Shown here one piece after another: positions 1 through 10,407 of a DNA stretch of 64,000 bases (positions are counted from its first letter, which is position 1; each line of letters opens with the position of its first letter). Source of the DNA: Candidatus Multivoradales bacterium (GTDB taxonomy: Bacteria; Acidobacteriota; Thermoanaerobaculia; Multivoradales; JAHEKO01); NCBI GenBank assembly GCA_965248055.1, contig CBDFIJ010000004.1, forward strand, positions 3,008,001 to 3,072,000, written 5' to 3'. Both the position numbers and the translations under genes were made by a program. The notes below the pieces were generated by a model. It saw only the letters and a program-made list of their open reading frames with translations, searched no databases and was not told the DNA's origin.

Positions 1-1454
1 CCAATCAGGAAATCGGCGGTATGAAGGTCCTCACTGACCGCCCCGATCGACCAAGCTAAGGTCAATACGGTGAATGCCATCACCATCGAACGGAATCCTT
101 CCACGGTGGTGTCTGCGGCTTCGCGTAGGCTCAGGATGCGCTGGCTCAGGGCCAAGATGATCGCTGCCAGCAACCCTGCCAAGCTGGCCCACAACAAGGT
201 GTTAAAAGGGTCAGACTGGGCGAATACTTCGCGTAGCCATGCGGTCAAAGTCCCGGTCCTGGGGCCAACCGCGGCACTACCAGTAATCAGTAAACCCACT
301 AGGGTGGCGACGATCACCACCAGGATCGGAATCAGGGCATTGGATGCACGATGTGGCTTGCCCTCAGGCGGGGTCAAAACCGAGTCGCTCAGGTTGGACA
401 ACGGTGCTGCGTCGTCGGCCAACACTTTGCCCTCTTTGCGTGCGCGCCGCTCGGCGTGCCACATGGCGCCAAAATCCCGCCCACTGACCGCGATCGCCAA
501 CCCAAATGCCAGAGCCAGCAGGGGATAGAACCGATAGGGGATGGACGATAGGAAAGTGGTATATGGGTTCATCGCCAACTCAGAATCCCGCAGAGCGTCG
601 CCGATCAGTCCCACTTCGAACCCGACCCAAGTAGAGATCGGAAAGATCGCGACTACCGGGGCAGCGGTGGAGTCGACAATGTAGGCAAGTTTCTCTCGGC
701 TGATTTTCAACCGGTCGGTGACCGGACGCATAGTCGAGCCGACGATCAGGGTGTTGGCGTAGTCATCGAAGAACACCAAAATACCCATCAACCAGGTTGC
801 CACTTGCCCACGTCGAGCGTCGGTGGCGTAGGGCGCCAAGCGATCGATGATTCCTTGGGTGCCGCCGCTGCGGCTGACCATCGCCACCATCGCTCCAAGC
901 AGCATCGAAAAGACAATGATGGTTGCGTGGCTGGAGTCGGTGATGGCGTTGATCACATAGCGATCGATGGTGCGGGCAAAGGCCTGCCAGAAACTGCCAA
1001 AAACCAGCCAAGCGCCGACGAAGACGCCGGCGAACAGCGCTGGCAGAACATTGCGAAATAGCAGCGCCAGCCCGATCGCGACCAACGGTGGGATGATCGA
1101 AACCCAGCCGGGCAGGATGCGCATCTCGGTAGTTGCGCGAGTACCTGCGGAACTGGCTTCAACGCGGTGCGAACCGAGCGTCAATCCTGAGGCAGGCTGT
1201 CTCGAGTTGAGAGTGACCTGGTGCGTTCCCTCGCCAAGTCTAAAGCTGCCAGCGGGCTGTCCGTCGATGGTGAAATCAATCGCTTGAGCAACTTCAACGT
1301 CGGACACCTGAAGCTCGACGGTGGTCGGAGAACCTCGGTGAATGATCTCGGCGGAGAGTTCCAGTTCGACGGCGGTTGCCGGAGTGGAGAGACCCAAAAG
1401 GAGAATAAGAAAAGCCACTACGGTGCTCGGCGAGACCAACTGAAAACCCCTCAT
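1..1454 (-). CDS. NhaC-family Na+/H+ antiporter (3'-partial, runs off the left edge)
   Basis: Not in the ORF track because it has no stop in the window. Manual translation from ATG 1454 gives MRGFQLVSPSTVVAFLILLLG..., then FFDDYANTLIVGSTMRPVTDRLKISREKLAYIVDSTAAPV, a typical NhaC/COG1757 motif. Confidence 0.88.
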   Translation of the reverse strand, partial: MRGFQLVSPSTVVAFLILLLGLSTPATAVELELSAEIIHRGSPTTVELQVSDVEVAQAIDFTIDGQPAGSFRLGEGTHQVTLNSRQPASGLTLGSHRVEASSAGTRATTEMRILPGWVSIIPPLVAIGLALLFRNVLPALFAGVFVGAWLVFGSFWQAFARTIDRYVINAITDSSHATIIVFSMLLGAMVAMVSRSGGTQGIIDRLAPYATDARRGQVATWLMGILVFFDDYANTLIVGSTMRPVTDRLKISREKLAYIVDSTAAPVVAIFPISTWVGFEVGLIGDALRDSELAMNPYTTFLSSIPYRFYPLLALAFGLAIAVSGRDFGAMWHAERRARKEGKVLADDAAPLSNLSDSVLTPPEGKPHRASNALIPILVVIVATLVGLLITGSAAVGPRTGTLTAWLREVFAQSDPFNTLLWASLAGLLAAIILALSQRILSLREAADTTVEGFRSMVMAFTVLTLAWSIGAVSEDLHTADFLI

Positions 1455-1495
1455 CGATGACACTACGACACTCAACTAGCTGCTCCTCAACTGGC

Positions 1496-2554
1496 TCAAG
1501 CGTCGGAATCTGCGTTGTCTGCGGCTCCCTCTGCTTGTGATGCCACCGGGGTGACTGGTGCTGGTAGCCCCATAGCCTCGCGCAGTCTAGTCTCGATCTC
1601 CAGGCCCAGGTCCGGATTGTCGCGCAGAAAGGCCTTAGACTTCTCGCGCCCCTGTCCCAGCCGAACGTCACCGTAGCTGAACCAGGAGCCACTCTTGGTA
1701 ACAATGTTGTTGTCGACTCCGAGGTCGACCAATTCTCCGCTGTAGGAGATTCCTTCGCTGTAGCTGATTTCAAACTCGGCCATACGGAACGGTGCCGCGA
1801 CCTTGTTTTTGACCACCTTGACCCGTGCCCGACTACCGACCACTTCTTCCCCGTCCTTGACTGCGGCGATACGCCGAATATCCAGTCGAACCGAAGAATA
1901 AAACTTGAGCGCTCGGCCGCCAGTGGTGGTTTCGGGGCTGCCGAACATGACGCCGATTTTTTCGCGAATCTGATTGATGAAGATCAGCGAGGTCTTGGAC
2001 TTGGCGACGATCGCGGTCAGTTTGCGCAAAGCCTGTGACATCAGTCGGGCATGCAGACCGACATGGGAATCTCCCATTTCTCCTTCAAGTTCGGCTCGGG
2101 GAACCAGAGCGGCCACCGAGTCCAAGACCACCACGTCGATCGAGTTCGAACGCACCAGCATTTCGACGATTTCCAGCGCCTGCTCTCCGTTGTCCGGTTG
2201 AGAGACCAGGATTTCGTCGATGTCGACTCCGATTTTGGTTGCGTACTCAGCGTCCAGCGCGTGTTCGGCGTCGATAAAGGCGGCGGTGCCCCCTGCTTTC
2301 TGTGCTTGCGCTACCACCGACAACGCCAGTGTGGTTTTTCCCGACGATTCGGGTCCATAGATCTCGATCACTCTTCCCCGGGGGAGACCTCCCACTCCAA
2401 TCGCCTGATCGAGCGCCAGGGATCCAGTTGAAACTGACTCAATCGCGAGACCTTCTTGTTGACCGAGGCGCATGATCGCACCCTTGCCAAATTGCCGTTC
2501 AATGTTTGCTAGCGCGCTATTGACTGCCTTAAGTCGCTCTTTGGTGTTACTCAT
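1496..2554 (-). CDS. recA: Recombinase RecA
   Basis: GPESSGKTT Walker [40 protein letters not shown] 2554 is preceded by AGGAG. Confidence 0.99.
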   Translation of the reverse strand: MSNTKERLKAVNSALANIERQFGKGAIMRLGQQEGLAIESVSTGSLALDQAIGVGGLPRGRVIEIYGPESSGKTTLALSVVAQAQKAGGTAAFIDAEHALDAEYATKIGVDIDEILVSQPDNGEQALEIVEMLVRSNSIDVVVLDSVAALVPRAELEGEMGDSHVGLHARLMSQALRKLTAIVAKSKTSLIFINQIREKIGVMFGSPETTTGGRALKFYSSVRLDIRRIAAVKDGEEVVGSRARVKVVKNKVAAPFRMAEFEISYSEGISYSGELVDLGVDNNIVTKSGSWFSYGDVRLGQGREKSKAFLRDNPDLGLEIETRLREAMGLPAPVTPVASQAEGAADNADSDA

Positions 2555-2646
2555 GGGGGTCTCCTGGTACATTTGCGCTCATCTCACGCCTTTGTTGTCG
2601 CGGCTATACTAGCCCGGAAATCAGGACGCTGTCGGAGGATGATGAA

Positions 2647-2661
2647 GTTCTCAAGCAGTTC
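2647..2661. promoter_or_regulatory. Putative LexA (SOS) box GTTC-N7-GTTC upstream of recA
   Basis: GTTC TCAAGCA GTTC lies about 93 nt upstream of the recA ATG in the recA/murB divergent spacer. It matches the direct-repeat box known for Alphaproteobacteria and Acidobacterium capsulatum LexA. Confidence 0.7.
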
Positions 2662-2770
2662 CCCGATCAAGACGAGTAACCTCGTTTTCCAACACTAAAC
2701 CGCGCGAATCAATACTAAGGACTTCGCCCTAGTCAACCGATAGAGACGTAAGTCAGCCCGGCCATCGCTC

Positions 2771-3736
2771 ATGACCACTCGCATCCGGAATCCAAAGCAA
2801 TGGCGACGCGAACTTGAGGCGATCGCTGCCGGGCTGGTGTTGTCCTGGGACGAGCCCTTGGCGCCACGTACCACCTTGCGCATCGGCGGCAACGCCGAGT
2901 GCTTTGCTGAAATTGGCACGGTGGCCGCTCTCCGCAGCCTGTTGCACACAGTTTCTTTGCACCAAGTTCCGTTTTTTCTACTCGGCCAAGGGTCCAACGT
3001 GTTGGTTCCGGATCAGGGACTACCAGGCGTGGTGGTTCGTCTAGGTGGCTATTTCCGCCGCACCAGGATCGTCGGGGACCGGGTGGCCTCTGGAGGCGCC
3101 GTGTCCCTGGCGCGTTTGGCTAGGCAGACCGCCAAGCGTGGTCTGCGGGGCTTGGAGGCTCTGTCGGGGTTTCCGTCGACGGTGGGCGGCGCGGTGTTTA
3201 TGAACGCTGGTTGTTACGGGTCCGAAATCAAAGATGTTCTGATCCGAGCCACGGTGGTTGATCGGCAAGGTGGGCGTCGTTTGATCACACCGTCGGATCT
3301 TGGAGCGGGCTACCGATCTACCATCCTGCGCGACACCGGCGAGATCGTGGTGCGCGCCAGCTTTCAGTTGAGCGCAGGCGATGCGCAGGCGGCCTTAGAG
3401 CGGATTCAGGAACTGAATCAGCGGCGTTGGGACAGTTTGCCTTCGGGAAACCCGAATGCGGGGTCGATTTTCCGCAATCCGACCGACGACTACGCCGGAC
3501 GGATGATCGAGGCGGCAGGGCTTAAGGGCGAGGCGCTGGGAGCTGCTCTGATCAGTGAGCGGCACGCCAACGTGATTGTCAATGACGGAGACGCGCGGGC
3601 GGTGGACGTATTGGCTTTGATGCAGAAGGCACGCGAGCGGGTGAGGGATCAATTTGGTGTCGACCTGGAGCCGGAATTGGTGCTTGCCGGTTCTTTGCGT
3701 CAGGCGTGGGATGAAGCAGAGTCCTCTGAGGACTGA
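2771..3736 (+). CDS. murB: UDP-N-acetylenolpyruvoylglucosamine reductase
   Basis: LGQGSNVLV, GFPSTVGGAVFMNAG, GYRS, NAGSIFRNP, HANVIVN motifs. Confidence 0.96.
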   Translation: MTTRIRNPKQWRRELEAIAAGLVLSWDEPLAPRTTLRIGGNAECFAEIGTVAALRSLLHTVSLHQVPFFLLGQGSNVLVPDQGLPGVVVRLGGYFRRTRIVGDRVASGGAVSLARLARQTAKRGLRGLEALSGFPSTVGGAVFMNAGCYGSEIKDVLIRATVVDRQGGRRLITPSDLGAGYRSTILRDTGEIVVRASFQLSAGDAQAALERIQELNQRRWDSLPSGNPNAGSIFRNPTDDYAGRMIEAAGLKGEALGAALISERHANVIVNDGDARAVDVLALMQKARERVRDQFGVDLEPELVLAGSLRQAWDEAESSED

Positions 3737-3887
3737 CGAGCTGGTGTGATGGAAGGTCAGAAATCGAATAGACGCTGCGTGATAGCCTGATTCTTAGGCC
3801 GGATTTGGCGTTACGGTACGTGTTTGTCGCAAAAAAATAGGCCAGGCCAAGTCGAACCAGTCCCACTAATAACTTGAGGAGAGATAG

Positions 3888-4427
3888 ATGAGCAGACTCG
3901 GGCGTTACCCCATTATCGCGGTCGTATCGGCGGCATTGTTACTCTTGCTGTCGGCCACCGCCTGCAAGCAGTTAACTCCAGAGGAAGAAATTATCCAAGC
4001 GCGTTCCAAGTACGAAGCGACGCTGAACAGCTTCATCGTTATGCAGGTTCCTTTGCTGGTCGAGGCCGAGGACTTGACTGGAGCTGACGAAGGGGACCAA
4101 ACCACCGAGCCAGCGGCCACGGAAGAAGTTGAGGATGTGCCGCTACGCCAGGATATCTTGGTAGACCTGACGATTCGCCACGAGAGTGACCTCAAAATGG
4201 ACGGCATCACGGTTGATCTTTTTATGGCCGATGCCGATGAAAACGAAGTTGCCAATTGGAAAGTTTGGTTCGATACCTCAGAGGTGGCCGGAGACACCCC
4301 AGGGGTACAGTTTGCCCACACTCTGGAAGACGTTGACTACCAGCCGGGGTATGGATTTTCTGCGGATATGCGCTCTTCGGTATCGGCAGCAGACCAGGCG
4401 GATTATCAGGAGTTCGCTGGTCTTTGA
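3888..4427 (+). CDS. Hypothetical acidic lipoprotein
   Basis: Strong RBS (GAGGAG), signal peptide ending in ATAC lipobox-like motif, acidic mature part. Confidence 0.75.
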   Translation: MSRLGRYPIIAVVSAALLLLLSATACKQLTPEEEIIQARSKYEATLNSFIVMQVPLLVEAEDLTGADEGDQTTEPAATEEVEDVPLRQDILVDLTIRHESDLKMDGITVDLFMADADENEVANWKVWFDTSEVAGDTPGVQFAHTLEDVDYQPGYGFSADMRSSVSAADQADYQEFAGL

Positions 4428-4512
4428 TCGGGGCGTCGTAGATGACGTCAGTAACCGCGTTGGTTGTGTTTTGGAAAAACCAAGCTCGGCGAGAACCGTA
4501 GCTACGGTGGAC

Positions 4513-5475
4513 ATGATGGCTCAAGAGAAAGCGACCGCAGCGGTATTTTCGGATAAGCCTGAGTTACAAGTGCATCGCTTGGAGTTGGCGATATCTGGTG
4601 CTCTACAAGGCAAACCCGAAGCGGTGCGACTGGCAGTGGTGACCCTACTTGCTGGTGGTCATGTACTGGTTGAGGACGTTCCTGGCGTTGGCAAGACGAC
4701 ACTCGGCCAAGCGATCGCCAGGGCCTTGGACCTGAGTTTCCAACGCATTCAGTGCACCAGTGATCTATTGCCTGCGGATATTCTGGGGGTCTCGATCTAC
4801 CGCCAGGCTACCGAAGAATTCGAATTTGTCCCCGGCCCGATCTTCGCCGGCGTGGTCTTGGCGGACGAAATCAATCGTTCGAGTCCCAAGACCCAGTCGG
4901 CGTTACTGGAGGCAATGAGCGAGCGTCAGGTGACTGTTGAGCGTGAGCGTCATCGACTACCACGGCCGTTTTTCTTGATTGCCACCCAGAACCCGCATGA
5001 GTTCACCGGTACTTTTCCGTTGCCGGAGTCGCAGTTAGATCGCTTCATGATGACGATTGAGATTGGCTATCCTTCGTTGGAGAGCGAACGGGACTTGTTG
5101 TCGTTGAATGCGGAAGATCTGCTGGCCTCGGTTGAACCGGTGGTAGACGGCGAGGGGCTAGAGGAGTTGCAGCGGAGGGCACGGGCGATCGTGGTCGCGG
5201 AGAAGCTCAGCAACTACATTCTTCGCATTGTCGGCGCCACCCGAGGCGGCGGCGAATTCGCTCTTGGGGTATCAACTCGTGGCGCCCAAGACCTGTATCG
5301 CGCCGTCCAAGCGTGGGCGTTTTGCGAGGGTCGAAGTTTCGCGATCCCGGACGACGTCCAGACTCTGGCGCCGGCGGTGTTTGGCCACCGGGTTGCGGTA
5401 CGCGGCGAGGTCGGGGTGGCCGCCGGTAGGGCGGCGGTCGAGCGCGTTTTGCGTCGCCTTCCAGTGCCCATCTAG
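4513..5475 (+). CDS. MoxR-family AAA+ ATPase
   Basis: EDVPGVGKT Walker A, LADEINRSSPKTQSALLEAM, ATQNP, LPESQLDRF. Start moved to ATG 4513/4516 to avoid overlap with the upstream gene. Confidence 0.95.
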   Translation: MMAQEKATAAVFSDKPELQVHRLELAISGALQGKPEAVRLAVVTLLAGGHVLVEDVPGVGKTTLGQAIARALDLSFQRIQCTSDLLPADILGVSIYRQATEEFEFVPGPIFAGVVLADEINRSSPKTQSALLEAMSERQVTVERERHRLPRPFFLIATQNPHEFTGTFPLPESQLDRFMMTIEIGYPSLESERDLLSLNAEDLLASVEPVVDGEGLEELQRRARAIVVAEKLSNYILRIVGATRGGGEFALGVSTRGAQDLYRAVQAWAFCEGRSFAIPDDVQTLAPAVFGHRVAVRGEVGVAAGRAAVERVLRRLPVPI

Positions 5476-5549
5476 CGTCGTGGCGCTCTTGTAGCAGGGC
5501 TCCCGGTTCGTAGCGTGCCAACCTGGAAAATCTACGCCTCCCAACCGTC

Positions 5550-6752
5550 ATGGCAACCTTGAAAGGCATTTCAGGGCGACTGAGCAGCGGGTTGTCCTGG
5601 CCTAGTTCGGCTGCATCGCGTTCTACCCCTTCGGTGGGCCGCAACCCGGCGAGCCCACACGGCATTCGCATCACCAAGTTGGGCGCGGTCTTTGTCGGAC
5701 TGGTGGTTCTGGTTGCTCTGGCGGCGATCAATACTGGCAACAACGCTCTGTTTCTATTGTTTGGCCAGATGCTGACTCTACTTGCGGTCTCCGGATGGTT
5801 GTCGCGAACCAATCTGACTAAGGTCTCGACTCACTTAGAGGTGCCTCAGGAGATCTACGCTAAGGGTCCAATGTGGGGCGCGATTGAAGTGGAAAATTTC
5901 GGCCGCCGATGGTCGCGTCGATGGCTGCGGTTCAAGGTTGATGACGCCAGTGATGTCGCCTACTGCGATCAACTAGAACCGGGCGCCAGACGAAAGTTGG
6001 ACTTGCGCATGATTTTTCGCCATCGCGGCCACCACGACGTGGATTCGGTACTGGTGTCTAGCTTGTTTCCGTTTGGCTTCTTCCGAAAAGGGATGCGCCT
6101 GCAGTTGCAGCAGCCGATCTTGATCTATCCGGAGCTGTTTCCCGAGGGCGGGAGCATTCATCCAGAGAGTGGGCGCTTTGGCGACCTCAGCCAGTCCCGG
6201 CTGGGGCATGGTCCCGAGTTGCACTCCTTGAGGCCCTATCGGCCGGGTGACGATCCGCGGCGTATTCATTGGAAGAAATCTGCGCACTCCGGCGAGGTCG
6301 TGGTGTGGGAGCGCGAAGCGGAAGGAGGCCGAAGATTTACCGTGTTGTTTGACAACGGGTTCGGGGATTTGGTTCGTGCCGCCGATCGGGCGCGATTCGA
6401 GTCTTTGGTCAGTGAGGCGGCAACTGCTGTTCACAATTACCTGAAGGGTGGATTCGAGGTCGAGTTGATCACCCGCGATCAGAGATTCGCGGCTTCCGAA
6501 GGCCAGCGTCACTATGAAATGTTGTTAACCCACCTAGCTTTGGTTCAGCCGGTGGGGCTGGCTGAAGGCGCGGCTCCGCTGACGGCTCCGCTGGGAGGGT
6601 GTTTGGCCGACTCTCAGATTCTGCGGTTGGCGATGGCTCCGGCCTCGAGAAGAGGACCCGGGGCTGAGGCGCAAGCTGCCGCGCCTGAATTTGGACCGGC
6701 CAATGACACTGCTTCAAACGCAGTGGTGGATCCGCAGCAAGGCTTATCGTGA
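5550..6752 (+). CDS. DUF58-domain protein (MoxR partner)
   Basis: N-terminal TM pair with AAINTGNN, FPFGFF, LRPYRPGDDPRRIHWKKSA. Confidence 0.92.
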   Translation: MATLKGISGRLSSGLSWPSSAASRSTPSVGRNPASPHGIRITKLGAVFVGLVVLVALAAINTGNNALFLLFGQMLTLLAVSGWLSRTNLTKVSTHLEVPQEIYAKGPMWGAIEVENFGRRWSRRWLRFKVDDASDVAYCDQLEPGARRKLDLRMIFRHRGHHDVDSVLVSSLFPFGFFRKGMRLQLQQPILIYPELFPEGGSIHPESGRFGDLSQSRLGHGPELHSLRPYRPGDDPRRIHWKKSAHSGEVVVWEREAEGGRRFTVLFDNGFGDLVRAADRARFESLVSEAATAVHNYLKGGFEVELITRDQRFAASEGQRHYEMLLTHLALVQPVGLAEGAAPLTAPLGGCLADSQILRLAMAPASRRGPGAEAQAAAPEFGPANDTASNAVVDPQQGLS

Positions 6753-8818
6753 GTTGGCGAGAAAGAAAACGTTGGGTGGGGTTGCTGGCGTTTCTCGCGC
6801 CGCTGCCGCTGCCTTTCAACGAAATGGCATCCTGGTTTGCCACCGTGGCTTTTCTCTGTGTAGTCGCGGGGTTCTTGGTAGGCCTGCAGCGCGGAGCGAC
6901 CCTGTTGCTGGCCCCTTGGGTCTTGAACCTAGCCGGTGCTTTGTATTTTCCAGCTCTGTTTCTGGATCTGGCTTCGGCGCAGAGCGGTCAGATACTGCGT
7001 CCCCTGGTTCACGTCGCAATGTTCGCCACCGCGGCGAAATTGTTCGCTCTTAGAACCGAGCGCGACAAGTGGCACGCGATCCTAGGAGCGTTCTTTCTGT
7101 TCGTTGCGGGCATGGGGTCGAGCGTGCATCCGGCTTTGATCGTCCATCTGTTGGTGTTCTCTTCGGTGACGGTAGCCGGTCTGGTGCATTTTGCCGAGGC
7201 GCATAGCCAGCGCTCCTTTCCGCAGGCCCAACCGATTGCCGGCAAGGCAAGGCTGACCTCGGCGGTGATTGCTTCAACCATCGTCGGCGGTGCGGTGATG
7301 TTCCCGTTTCTGCCACGCATCAATCAGCCGTATGTCGCCGGTGGTGGCGCCATGGACTTGGGCGGAGCGGGGGGAGTTTCTGCCTTTGTTGATGATCTGA
7401 CGCTCGATTCTATTGGTCGAATTCGCACCGATCGAGGGGTCGCTTTGCGGCTGGTGTTTGACGGCCCTGTACCCGATGAGATCCGGCTCAAAGGATCCAG
7501 CTACGACGTCTATCGAGACAATCGCTGGATCCGCACCCAAGGTCGCAAGTTTGTTCGCTCCCAGAGTGGACAAGTGGTGCTTTCCGACCAAGTCCCTTTG
7601 GGTGAGGTCGAGGTGCTAAGTCGGATGACCGGCACGCGGATGATGCCGACCTTGGCGGAAGTGGTGACAGTGGAGGTCGAAGCGCCGGGATTGGGGGTGG
7701 CTCCTGGCGGCGACCTGAGGCCCTCGCGTTGGCGAGGATCTCCCTTGCGCTACCGGATGGCCTATGGCCGTGAGCCGGCCCGCTTGGCGACCGATCCACC
7801 CAACCCGGAGACCCTAGATGAGAGCGGAATCACCCCGAGGATCGCCGAATACGCCCAACCGTTCTTTGCCGGTTCGAGGTCAACGATCAAGCAGATTTTG
7901 GCGCTCGAGGAGCACTTTCAACAACAGTTTTCTTACACCTTAGACCTGGATTTGGATCCTGCTCATCCGGTAGAAGATTTTCTCTTCAACCAGCGTGCCG
8001 GGCACTGCGAGTACTTCGCGTCTAGCATGGTGTTGTTACTCAGGTCGCAGGGGATTCCAGCGCGCGTGGTGAGTGGATTCTTGGGCGCCGATGGCAACCC
8101 GCTGGAGTCGTTTTTCGTAGTGCGAAACTCCAATGCCCATGCTTGGGTGGAAGCCTATGTCGAGGGAAATGGTTGGATCACGGTTGACCCAACTCCTGCG
8201 ATTGGTCGGCCTCAAATCGGGCGCTCTGGGTCGAGTTGGATGGGTCAAATTGGTGATGTCTATGACTGGCTGATCTACCGCTGGGATCGTTACGTGCTGA
8301 CCTTTGGTTCCCAGGATCAAAGCGGTATTTTCGCTTCGATCGGCGCTTGGTTCAAGGAACTTTGGGCGAGCTGGCGAGAGGACGCCGAGGAGCAGTCCAC
8401 CGAGCTTGTTCTCGCTGCCAACGCAGACGAGATCTCCGTCACCGACGTGTCACACGATCCGCTCGAGGAATCTCTGCCAAGCGTCTGGTTGGTGGTGGCC
8501 GCGGTGTTGTTGGCGATCGCCTTGGGGCTGTTTCTTTGGTGGCGCCACGAGCGACAGAGTTTCAATGCCACAGATCTTTATCTGCGGCTTCGCGCGGCGG
8601 CACCTGCCGCGGGGCTGGAGGTGAACCCAACCAGCGCTCCCGTACAGTTGGTCGACGCGTGGATCAATCTGACTCCCGACGCTCAACGCGAGTTACGGGC
8701 GATCTTTGGCGCCTACCTAGAAGAGAGTTTTGGTGGCCGCGAGCTGGAGCGACCGGAGTTGTTGGAACTCGAACAAGATTTCCAGGTTGTCGTTCGCAGT
8801 TACCCTCGGGTTGCCTAG
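6749..8818 (+). CDS. TgpA-like membrane transglutaminase (DUF3488 + transglutaminase core)
   Basis: Multi-TM N-terminus; GHCEYFAS, HAWVE and DPTP give an intact Cys-His-Asp triad; overlaps the DUF58 stop (GTGA). Confidence 0.92.
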   Translation: MSWRERKRWVGLLAFLAPLPLPFNEMASWFATVAFLCVVAGFLVGLQRGATLLLAPWVLNLAGALYFPALFLDLASAQSGQILRPLVHVAMFATAAKLFALRTERDKWHAILGAFFLFVAGMGSSVHPALIVHLLVFSSVTVAGLVHFAEAHSQRSFPQAQPIAGKARLTSAVIASTIVGGAVMFPFLPRINQPYVAGGGAMDLGGAGGVSAFVDDLTLDSIGRIRTDRGVALRLVFDGPVPDEIRLKGSSYDVYRDNRWIRTQGRKFVRSQSGQVVLSDQVPLGEVEVLSRMTGTRMMPTLAEVVTVEVEAPGLGVAPGGDLRPSRWRGSPLRYRMAYGREPARLATDPPNPETLDESGITPRIAEYAQPFFAGSRSTIKQILALEEHFQQQFSYTLDLDLDPAHPVEDFLFNQRAGHCEYFASSMVLLLRSQGIPARVVSGFLGADGNPLESFFVVRNSNAHAWVEAYVEGNGWITVDPTPAIGRPQIGRSGSSWMGQIGDVYDWLIYRWDRYVLTFGSQDQSGIFASIGAWFKELWASWREDAEEQSTELVLAANADEISVTDVSHDPLEESLPSVWLVVAAVLLAIALGLFLWWRHERQSFNATDLYLRLRAAAPAAGLEVNPTSAPVQLVDAWINLTPDAQRELRAIFGAYLEESFGGRELERPELLELEQDFQVVVRSYPRVA

Positions 8819-8958
8819 CTTCACCCGCCGTTACCAACCAGGGAAAGACTCCATTGGCGGTGGTGGATAGAGGGGTGGTGTGCTCTTCGCGCGCGGTCAG
8901 ATAGCCATTGCGATGGCCGAGTGTTGCCGTGAGCGAATGCCGTCTTGTGAGGTTCGCC

Positions 8959-10407
8959 CTAGTAAGCGTTGGTGCGCATTTCGCGCAAGGTCATCCAGAG
9001 GATTTTCAGATCCAGCTTGAGCGACCAATTTTCGATGTAGTAAATGTCGTACTGGATGCGCTTGTTGATCGAGGTGTTGCCCCGCCAGCCGTGTACTTGC
9101 GCCCAGCCGGTAAGTCCGGCCTTGACTCGATGGCGCAGCATGTACTGAGGGATACGATGCTTGAACTGCTCGACGAAATCCGGGCGTTCGGGGCGCGGGC
9201 CGATCAGAGACATTTCCCCACGAAAGATGTTCCACAGCTGGGGCAGTTCGTCGATTGACCAGCGACGCATCCAGGCGCCGACCCGGGTGCGACGAGGGTC
9301 ATCTTCAACCGCCCAAACTGGACCGGTGGTCAGCTCTGCGTTGCTTCTCATCGAGCGAAATTTGTGGATGGTGAATTTTTTGCCATCCAGGCCCATCCGT
9401 TCCTGGTGATAAAAAATCGGTCCACGATCTTCTAACCAGATCGCCAGTGCCAGCGCGGGCAGGATCAAGGTCACGGTTCCGGCGAGTAACGCGGTACCGG
9501 CGACCGATATGTCCATCGCTCGTTTGCCCAGGCTCTTCCAGCCTTGCAAGGGCACTTGCGACAGATTGATGACTGGCGTGCCGTCCAAGTCTTCCAAGGT
9601 GGCTTTGAGAGTTGCGTACTGCAAAATGTCGGGGACCAAGCGGACTTCGACGCACTCGCGGCCTAAGATGTCGACAATATTCACCACTTTCCGATGAGCG
9701 TCGAGCGGCAGAGCGATAAAAGCTAGGTCGATTTCATGGTCTTGCAGAATGGCCTGCAGTTGGTCGAGTCGACCGAGCACTTGAGCGTCGTGGTATTCGT
9801 TCCCTTGCTTGGCCGAATCGTCATCTAGGTAACCGGCGAGGTGGAAACCAAGATCCGCGTGCCCCGCGATCTTGCTGGCGATATCTTGTCCCAGGGCACC
9901 AGCGCCAAGGACCAAAATATTGCGTCGGTAGGCACCGGAAAGTCGGGCCCGCCGTAGATAGCCGCGAATTAACATCCGCCCAGTGGAGACCGTGACCACG
10001 TTGCAGGCTGCAAACATCACCAAAAACAGGCGGCTGTAGGTGAAGATCTCGCGTGATCCGTCGGGGCGCAGAGCCCCTTCGGGGCGATACCAGGCGGTAA
10101 ATACCGAGAGCAGCAGAATCGCTAGCAGCACGGATAGAGCTACGGTCAGTACTTCTTCGATGCGGCTACGCCCACGTCGCACCAAGTAGAGGCCGTGGAA
10201 ATAAAAAGCGATCGGCCACACCACGACGATGAAGGGCAACAGAACTACGTAACGCCGAACGAAGTCGGGGACTTCCTCGACCGCAAACTCGGGGCCGATC
10301 CCAAGCTCGAATCGCAGTAGCCAGGCAATGCCAAAGGCCGCCAGCGTAAACACCAAATCGCTGACTAAATAACTGAACGCTGTGGTTCTAAGTTTTTGCT
10401 GGATCAA
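8959..10407 (-). CDS. Undecaprenyl-phosphate sugar-1-phosphate transferase (WcaJ-like)
   Basis: Four N-terminal TMs, CoA-binding-like middle domain, KFRSM, DDPRRTRVG, SIDELPQLWNI, GPRPERP, GLTGWAQV. Confidence 0.93.
   Translation of the reverse strand: MIQQKLRTTAFSYLVSDLVFTLAAFGIAWLLRFELGIGPEFAVEEVPDFVRRYVVLLPFIVVVWPIAFYFHGLYLVRRGRSRIEEVLTVALSVLLAILLLSVFTAWYRPEGALRPDGSREIFTYSRLFLVMFAACNVVTVSTGRMLIRGYLRRARLSGAYRRNILVLGAGALGQDIASKIAGHADLGFHLAGYLDDDSAKQGNEYHDAQVLGRLDQLQAILQDHEIDLAFIALPLDAHRKVVNIVDILGRECVEVRLVPDILQYATLKATLEDLDGTPVINLSQVPLQGWKSLGKRAMDISVAGTALLAGTVTLILPALALAIWLEDRGPIFYHQERMGLDGKKFTIHKFRSMRSNAELTTGPVWAVEDDPRRTRVGAWMRRWSIDELPQLWNIFRGEMSLIGPRPERPDFVEQFKHRIPQYMLRHRVKAGLTGWAQVHGWRGNTSINKRIQYDIYYIENWSLKLDLKILWMTLREMRTNAY

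Noticed and set aside
70-1460. Several short plus-strand ORFs
   Set aside because: They are antisense to the NhaC-family gene running off the left edge.
4186-4512. N-terminal extension of the MoxR ORF
   Set aside because: It overlaps the lipoprotein gene; recognisable MoxR sequence begins after ATG 4513.
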